Positions 58,254-64,000 of a stretch of 64,000 nucleotides of DNA are shown here, in pieces. The stretch spans positions 148,254-212,253 of the forward strand of contig CAYIXG010000001.1 in the NCBI GenBank assembly GCA_964367375.1, given 5' to 3'. Position numbers and translations under genes: made by a program. The notes beneath the pieces are model-generated. The model saw nothing but the letters and a program-made list of their open reading frames with translations. It made no database searches and was not told the DNA's origin. Within the stretch, counting starts at the first letter, position 1, and each line of letters opens with the position of its first letter. The stretch is from Candidatus Woesearchaeota archaeon (GTDB taxonomy: Archaea > Nanobdellota > Nanobdellia > SCGC-AAA011-G17 > UBA489).

Positions 58254-58871
58254 ATGGCAAAGCTCATTCATATTGTGGGAACATCAGGGTCTGGAAAGCA
58301 AACATTGCAGCAAGACCTTCGGCAAAGAGTTGAGCGTGCAGGTTTTGCTGTTGAGGAGATTGTTGAGCCTGGTCCGTTAGCGAGGTTCATTAAGGAATAT
58401 CGTCTCTCTCCAGAGAAAGACCCGTGGGTTGAAGTTGCATTGTTTACTGCAGATCGAACGATGACTTATGCACAAAAGATTCTTCCAAGAATACATGATC
58501 CAAATAGGGTGTTTGTGAGCGCTCGGGGATTGCCAGACACGATTGTCTATCAAGGGTTGATTGGAGGTGTGGATATTCCAATCATTATGAGGATGAATAG
58601 GCATATTCCTGAGTCTGATCTGTATCTTGTGCTTGTTGTGAGTGGAAATGTGGGTCATGAGAGGATACGGGCAAGATATTGTTCGAGTGGAAGAGATGAG
58701 CATAGGATAAGTCCGAACGAGCAGCCTGCTGCGATTGATAAATTAGCAGCAGAGTATCGAACGCTTCCTGATTTTTTTCATAATGTGCATGTGATTGATA
58801 CAACCTCTCTTTCTCCTGAGGAAGTGGGAGAAGCAGCGTGGAAAGAAGTTGAGAGTGTGTTGAAAAAATGA
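58254..58871 (+). CDS. Thymidylate kinase-like P-loop kinase (atypical)
   Basis: GTSGSGKQT, VEPG, ALFTADR, VYQG; the canonical DR motif appears as AR (VSARG). Confidence 0.8.
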   Translation: MAKLIHIVGTSGSGKQTLQQDLRQRVERAGFAVEEIVEPGPLARFIKEYRLSPEKDPWVEVALFTADRTMTYAQKILPRIHDPNRVFVSARGLPDTIVYQGLIGGVDIPIIMRMNRHIPESDLYLVLVVSGNVGHERIRARYCSSGRDEHRISPNEQPAAIDKLAAEYRTLPDFFHNVHVIDTTSLSPEEVGEAAWKEVESVLKK

Positions 58872-59521
58872 GTGAAAAAGAAGTGGATGTTGTTGGTTTT
58901 GATCTGGATAATACATTGTATACGCTTACAGAGGAAATGCAGTCCTGGATAAGGCAGAGGGTGTGTGTAGTTACAAGTGAAAGGTTGAGGAGAGATAGTG
59001 GTGAAGTGCAAAGGGAATTTGAAGAAAGGTATAAAGAGTTGCAGAGTGCGCGACGATCCCTCATGGCCTTAGGATTGCCAGAGGATGAATCTATAGACAT
59101 TGTGCAGCGTTGTTTAGAAGAGGAAGAAATAGTAGGATTCATCAAGAGGGATGAGCAGCTTGCTGCATTAATAGGTAAATTGCGAAAAGAATATGGGCTT
59201 TTTTTGATTACAGGAAGTAATGAAAAGCTCACAGGAGAAAAATTAAGAAGGTTGGGTGTGGAGAAAGAAGTTTTTTCAGTAATGGTGTGTGCAAACACTC
59301 AATACAGAAGGGAAGATGGCTCTGCATTTCACTATGTGTCTGCAGCGCTGCAAGTTCCTCATCAGCGGATGCTTTTTGTGGGTGATAGAGAAGCAGTTGA
59401 CATTCTTCCCGCAGCGCGATTAGGAATCAAAACAGCAATAGTAAATGGGCGTTCTGCGCATGCAACGTATAATTTGAGCACTCTTTATGATCTTGAAGGG
59501 ATTCTTTTAGCAAGAAGGTGA
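58868..59521 (+). CDS. HAD superfamily hydrolase (YjjG/nucleotidase-like)
   Basis: GFDLDNTLY, LITGS, FVGDREAVDI.PA..LGI. Confidence 0.88.
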   Translation: MSEKEVDVVGFDLDNTLYTLTEEMQSWIRQRVCVVTSERLRRDSGEVQREFEERYKELQSARRSLMALGLPEDESIDIVQRCLEEEEIVGFIKRDEQLAALIGKLRKEYGLFLITGSNEKLTGEKLRRLGVEKEVFSVMVCANTQYRREDGSAFHYVSAALQVPHQRMLFVGDREAVDILPAARLGIKTAIVNGRSAHATYNLSTLYDLEGILLARR

Positions 59522-59525
59522 ATGG

Positions 59526-60086
59526 TTAATCTTGGCTGATTTTGCTTGCCCCTGGCCCGACAGATTTCAGATATTTTGAATCTGGTCGTTTATCATAGGG
59601 TGTGCTGGTGGGAGTGCTGAGTTTGTCAAATGTGATTCTGCAGATGCGTGATCCTGGCCAGAGCTTGATGGGAACTTTTGCAATGTTCACAATTTCCAGG
59701 GTAATATTGCCTTCGAATCCGGGGTCAATGGATCCGGCTGTGGAGTGAATCACCAATCCTAATCGTGCGAGTGAGCTTCTTCCATCGAGCCGTCCGACAA
59801 GGTCATAGGGGAGCTTGACGTATTCCTTTGTGCTTCCGAGGACAAGTTCTCCAGGATGGATGACAATAGAGTTACCTTCGTCAATAAGGAAGCTGTGCAT
59901 GTGGTGGTCTTTCACGCCTTCTTTGGTGTCGATGTGGGTTAAGTCATTGTATTTGTACATCTTAAATTGGGAGCTTAAATGGAGATCAACAGATGCCATG
60001 GAGATGCATTCGGGCAGGTGATCTTTAATTAACAGAGCTCCAGAAGAAAGGTATTTTTTGATGTCAATGTCGCTTAAGACTACCAT
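59526..60086 (-). CDS. dcd: dCTP deaminase
   Basis: VLSD.DI, ASVDLHL, GRSSLARLGL, IDPGFEGNITLE, SKY. Confidence 0.93.
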   Translation of the reverse strand: MVVLSDIDIKKYLSSGALLIKDHLPECISMASVDLHLSSQFKMYKYNDLTHIDTKEGVKDHHMHSFLIDEGNSIVIHPGELVLGSTKEYVKLPYDLVGRLDGRSSLARLGLVIHSTAGSIDPGFEGNITLEIVNIAKVPIKLWPGSRICRITFDKLSTPTSTPYDKRPDSKYLKSVGPGASKISQD

Positions 60087-60222
60087 AGGTATTATGAATG
60101 AGGAGAGTTTAAATGGTTTTTATCACTTGAATATAGATGTTGAAAATGAATGAAAGAAAAAAGAGAACTATTCCTAATAATAATAAGGCAATGTTTATAA
60201 AAAGGAGTTTTCTATCTGAAAT

Positions 60223-61236
60223 ATGCAGCGTTTAAAAGCAGCAGTGATTGGTTTAGGGCGTCAAGCAATAGAAGATCATATCCCTGGCTTGAAGGATTCT
60301 CAATTTGGTCAATTAGAGGCAGTCTGCGATCTTGATGAAAGAAAGGTTGCAGAATGGAGTGAGAAGACAGGCGTGCGGGGATTTAAGGATTATAATGAAC
60401 TATTTGATAGTGTAGAACTTGATTTTATTGTAGCTGTAACGCCTCATAATGTGTATCCTGGAATTATTGAAGAGGCAGCGAAGAGACGTTTGCATGTGTT
60501 GAAAGAGAAACCATTTGCACGAAATTTGCAGGAAGCTTCTCATTTTAGAAGTATATGTGAGAAGAATGGTATTCAAGTAATGACGACATTGCAAAGGAGG
60601 TTTAATCCGGTGTATAGCACATTTTTTCAGCTTATAGATCAAATTGGAAATCCCTTTTTTGTGGATATTAAATACACTCTTTTTGTAGAAAATCCTCATG
60701 AAGGATGGAGAGCAAGCAAAGAAAAAGCAGGTGGGGGGTGTATTATTGATATGGGATATCATATGGTTGATATGATTATATGGTATTTTGGTCTTCCTGA
60801 TAAAGTCCATGCAGAATGCTCGTCGCTGGCAAAATCAGATGAAAAATATGACGCAGAAGATACTGCAAGCATTCTCTTTTCGTATGATACAGGATTGCAT
60901 GGTTCGCTATTAGTATCGCGATCTCTGCCTCCGAAAACAGAACAAATGAGGGTTGTGGGAAGTAGAGGTATTATTGAGGTTGAAAGAGGTCATATTCGAA
61001 AGTTGAGAAGTAATGGAGAAGTAGCTGAATCATTAACAAGAGAGCACGCGTGGCCTGTTGCTGCAGCAAACCAAATTGATTATTTTTGTAGAGTAATCAA
61101 AGGAGAAAGAGAAAATATAGGTGGTCCTCAGTATCACATGCAGCACGTGAGTTTTGTAGATGCATGTTATCAATCAAAGGCAGAAGGAAGATATGTCAAT
61201 CCAAAGGAGTTGTTAGCACGATGCCAAACGTCTTAG
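60223..61236 (+). CDS. Gfo/Idh/MocA family NAD-dependent dehydrogenase (inositol/sugar 3-dehydrogenase-like)
   Basis: VIGLGR, HVLKEKPFA, RRFNP, GWR...AGGG..IDMGYH. Confidence 0.92.
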   Translation: MQRLKAAVIGLGRQAIEDHIPGLKDSQFGQLEAVCDLDERKVAEWSEKTGVRGFKDYNELFDSVELDFIVAVTPHNVYPGIIEEAAKRRLHVLKEKPFARNLQEASHFRSICEKNGIQVMTTLQRRFNPVYSTFFQLIDQIGNPFFVDIKYTLFVENPHEGWRASKEKAGGGCIIDMGYHMVDMIIWYFGLPDKVHAECSSLAKSDEKYDAEDTASILFSYDTGLHGSLLVSRSLPPKTEQMRVVGSRGIIEVERGHIRKLRSNGEVAESLTREHAWPVAAANQIDYFCRVIKGERENIGGPQYHMQHVSFVDACYQSKAEGRYVNPKELLARCQTS

Positions 61237-62471
61237 CAATTCATGGTGGTGAAAAAAGAGTATCGATAGAGAGACCGCATTATGTGTGGCCACCAATAAC
61301 GGAAAGAACAAGAGAAGCAGTGTTGAGGCAACTTGAGGAAAGCATTTCTATTTATGACAGGTCTGGAATTATAGAAAGGTTAGAAAACCGATGTGCTGAG
61401 TATCATGGAAAAAAACATGCACTTCTGACAAGTTCTGGGACTGCGGGATTACATAGCATGTTTGTTGGTGCTGATGTGAAGGAAGGTGATGAGGTAATTT
61501 GTCCTGCATATACTTTTTATGCAACAGTCACTCCTTTATTTTTTACAGGAGCTGTTCCGGTACTCGCTGATTGTACAGAGGAAGGAAATATTGATCCGAA
61601 AGATATTGAGAAAAAAATCACCGGTCGTACAAAAGCAATAGTGGTGACGCATATGTGGGGGATACCAGGAGATATGGAAGCAATAAAAAAAATTGCAAAG
61701 GAGTATCATCTTCTATTGTTTGAGGATGGGTCACATGCGCATGGGGCTCTTTATAAAGGAGAAAAAGTAGGAACATGTGGCGATGCTGCTGTATTGAGTT
61801 TACAAGGACAAAAAACAATAACTGGAGGAGAAGGTGGAATATTAGTAACAGATAATGATGAACTCTTTTACAGGGCATTGTTATTTGGTCATTATAATAA
61901 GAGATGCAAAAGAGAAATACCTGTTGATCATCCTCTTCATCTATTTGCTGTCACGGGAATGGGATTGAAGTTACGAATTCATCCTCTTGCAGCTGCCATT
62001 GCAGATGAGCAGTTTGACAACCTGGAAAGTGTTTTGGAAGGACGAAGAAAAACTGCTGGAAGGATGAGAAATGCATTGCAAGGAGTGGCAGGAATTTCAG
62101 TTCCGAAAGTAGGTGAAGGCAAAAGCCCCAGTTGGTATGGGTTTGTCATGCAGTATAATGCAGAAGAGTTAGGGGGGCTTTCTATTGAAAGATTTTTTGA
62201 AGCAGTAGTTGCTGAAGGGTGTAAAGAGTTAGATAGGCCGGGATCAACATGTCCGTTAAATCTGCATCCTCTTTTTCAAACGCCAGAAGCGGTATTTCCT
62301 CAGTATAAGGGAAGAGTAAGGTACAAAAAGGGAGATTTTCCAAGAGCTGAGGAATTTCATGCTCGTTCCTTGAAGTTACCGGTATGGCACGACCCAAATG
62401 ATAATGAAATTGTTGAAGGATATATTGAAGCATTGAAAAAAGTAAGTAAGCATCACGGTGATCTTTTATGA
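61221..62471 (+). CDS. DegT/DnrJ/StrS PLP aminotransferase (StsC/RifK/NtdA-like)
   Basis: LAIHGG, SSGTAGL, GDEVICP.YTF.AT, EDGSHAHGA, SLQGQKTITGGEGG (PLP Lys); ATG 61221 follows AAGGAG. Confidence 0.92.
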   Translation: MPNVLAIHGGEKRVSIERPHYVWPPITERTREAVLRQLEESISIYDRSGIIERLENRCAEYHGKKHALLTSSGTAGLHSMFVGADVKEGDEVICPAYTFYATVTPLFFTGAVPVLADCTEEGNIDPKDIEKKITGRTKAIVVTHMWGIPGDMEAIKKIAKEYHLLLFEDGSHAHGALYKGEKVGTCGDAAVLSLQGQKTITGGEGGILVTDNDELFYRALLFGHYNKRCKREIPVDHPLHLFAVTGMGLKLRIHPLAAAIADEQFDNLESVLEGRRKTAGRMRNALQGVAGISVPKVGEGKSPSWYGFVMQYNAEELGGLSIERFFEAVVAEGCKELDRPGSTCPLNLHPLFQTPEAVFPQYKGRVRYKKGDFPRAEEFHARSLKLPVWHDPNDNEIVEGYIEALKKVSKHHGDLL

Positions 62472-63565
62472 AAACGCAGCTTCCTGTAGTTAATGTGTTT
62501 ACAGAATGGGCGCCATTGAAAGAGGTGATTATAGGTTCTTGCGTGAACTTTAATCATCTCAAAATTGATACAACTTTCAGGTTTATGTATGAGAATAGGG
62601 ATGGTCATTTTAAAGACAGGAATTTTCCATGGCAAATCGACCCGAGATATGTTGCAGAGCGACAGGAGGATTTGGATAATTTGCAAGAATTATTAGAGAA
62701 AGAAGGAGTTGTTGTGAGAAGGCCTGAGCGTCTCGATGATGTCACAGAGATTAAAACTCCTTTTTTTGATGCATATACCACAGCATGCGATTCGCCAAGG
62801 GACATGTTTCTTTGTATTGGCGATGAGATTATAGAAACGCCTCCAACAAATACGAAGAGGTTCTTTGAAGGATATTTGTTAAGAGAAATATTTATGGAAT
62901 ATTTCAGAAGAGGAGCACGATGGACAGTTGCTCCGCGGTCAACAGTAGATCAAAAAAGGTTGGATCTCTCATATTGGAAAGATAATGTAGGAAAACCAGT
63001 AGATAAAATGGAAGATATAGAACCAGTTTTTGAAATTGCGATTGATGCTGCAAACTGCTTAAAATTTGGAAAAGATGTGGTAGTAAATGTGGGGACAAAA
63101 AATCAGGAGTTAGGGGCATATTGGTTGCAAAGGCATCTGGAAGGAAGATTGAGAGTGCATATGGTAAGAATGGCGGACAGCCATTTAGATGGTCATCTCG
63201 TTCCTATTGCTCCGGGGAGATTATTAGTAAATGAAGGTGCAATGCACGGGCTCTATGATTGTTTACCTGCACCTCTGAAAAAGTGGGATATTGTTCCTAT
63301 TCTTGATAAGAGCACAAATTTTGATTATCCTAATGATCATTTGCAGATGGCAACAAATGTGGGAATGAGTGTGAACGTATTATCTCTCGATGAAAGAAGA
63401 ATTCTCATTAGGAATACTGCAACGTTAACTATTGAGGCTTTAAAGAAAGCAGGTTTTGAGCCAATTCCTGTACAGTTAAGGCATAGTGAGCTTTTTGGTG
63501 GGGGCATTCATTGTACAACTGTTGATGTGAGAAGAGATGAAGCAATAGATGATTTTTTTAGTTGA
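62468..63565 (+). CDS. Amidinotransferase (StrB1/glycine amidinotransferase family)
   Basis: EWAPLKEVIIG, PRD, DAANCLKFG, ELGAYWLQ, SHLD, GGGIHCTT (Asp-His-Cys triad intact). Confidence 0.92.
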   Translation: MKTQLPVVNVFTEWAPLKEVIIGSCVNFNHLKIDTTFRFMYENRDGHFKDRNFPWQIDPRYVAERQEDLDNLQELLEKEGVVVRRPERLDDVTEIKTPFFDAYTTACDSPRDMFLCIGDEIIETPPTNTKRFFEGYLLREIFMEYFRRGARWTVAPRSTVDQKRLDLSYWKDNVGKPVDKMEDIEPVFEIAIDAANCLKFGKDVVVNVGTKNQELGAYWLQRHLEGRLRVHMVRMADSHLDGHLVPIAPGRLLVNEGAMHGLYDCLPAPLKKWDIVPILDKSTNFDYPNDHLQMATNVGMSVNVLSLDERRILIRNTATLTIEALKKAGFEPIPVQLRHSELFGGGIHCTTVDVRRDEAIDDFFS

Positions 63566-63567
63566 AT

Positions 63568-64000
63568 ATGAAAATTGTTTCTTTTGAAGGAATTGATGGT
63601 GCTGGTAAAACAACGCAAACGAGACTGCAATACGATCGTTTAGAACAAGAAGGTCTATCTGTTGGTGTATATTCGTATAGTAATAAAAATAATAGATGGG
63701 GAAGGATCATTAGAAGAATGTATACATTGGATGCGCCGACACCGTTTGACTGGTTTTTTCGGAGGAGAGGAGTGCAAGAGGTATTATACTCCCTTTCTGC
63801 TCGACATAATTTGAAAGAATCTGGTTTATCTGGAAGAGACGTTGTTATATCAGATAGAAGTATTGTGACTGCATATGCAAGCCATATAGATCAAGTGCCA
63901 GAATGGTTCATATCTTTTGTGGAGCCTTCTTTCGTGCCTAATTTAGTTGTTTTTTTAGATGTTCAACCTCAAGTAGGTTTAGAGAGAATAAGCGGAAGGG
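63568..64000 (+). CDS. Second thymidylate-kinase-like P-loop kinase (partial, runs off window; not in ORF track)
   Basis: MKIVSFEGIDGAGKTTQ...VVISDRS...PNLVVFLDV..QVGLERI; starts 2 nt after the amidinotransferase stop. Confidence 0.85.
   Translation, partial: MKIVSFEGIDGAGKTTQTRLQYDRLEQEGLSVGVYSYSNKNNRWGRIIRRMYTLDAPTPFDWFFRRRGVQEVLYSLSARHNLKESGLSGRDVVISDRSIVTAYASHIDQVPEWFISFVEPSFVPNLVVFLDVQPQVGLERISGR

Noticed and set aside
47309..64000. Complete streptomycin/aminoglycoside gene cluster
   Set aside because: No glycosyltransferases, dTDP-sugar enzymes or second aminotransferase are visible in the window. Only the dehydrogenase-aminotransferase-amidinotransferase core is supported.
41582..64000. 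Provirus carrying nucleotide-metabolism genes
   Set aside because: No integrase, capsid, terminase, portal, polymerase or att repeats were recognised, and gene orientation is mixed.
1..64000. CRISPR array, rRNA, IS elements
   Set aside because: No regularly spaced repeats, rRNA-like segments or transposase motifs were seen by eye.

Overview
A gene-dense 64 kb chromosomal segment of an archaeon, most likely DPANN (Woesearchaeota-like; inferred). Archaeal markers include archaeal-type ProRS/AspRS/AsnRS/ArgRS, GatDE, NucS, three TrmB regulators, ATP-dependent DNA ligase, FtsZ, TATA-type promoters and an intron-containing tRNA. The left and middle parts are mostly housekeeping genes for translation, division and repair, interrupted by small accessory islets. 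These are two TrmB/orphan-SBP modules with 18-bp operators, an AT-rich ORFan beside a two-intron tRNA-Arg(TCG), and a MazEF-like TA pair + copper nitrite reductase + DoxX islet. The right third (41.5-64 kb) is accessory-rich. It holds a client-less CbbQ/NorQ + CbbO/NorD-type chaperone operon, two tandem membrane-anchored APH/choline-kinase-fold paralogs, and a dense pyrimidine nucleotide cluster (pyrG, dut, two-domain thyX, ParB/Srx-like protein, atypical TMK, HAD, dcd). That cluster directly abuts an operon of Gfo/Idh/MocA dehydrogenase, DegT aminotransferase, StrB1-like amidinotransferase and a second TMK-like kinase. The operon reproduces the oxidise-aminate-amidinate logic of streptidine (guanidino-cyclitol/sugar) synthesis, runs off the window end, and is the best candidate for an undescribed system. 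No CRISPR array, rRNA, integrase or transposase was seen. All family calls come from motif recognition by eye; no database searches were run.
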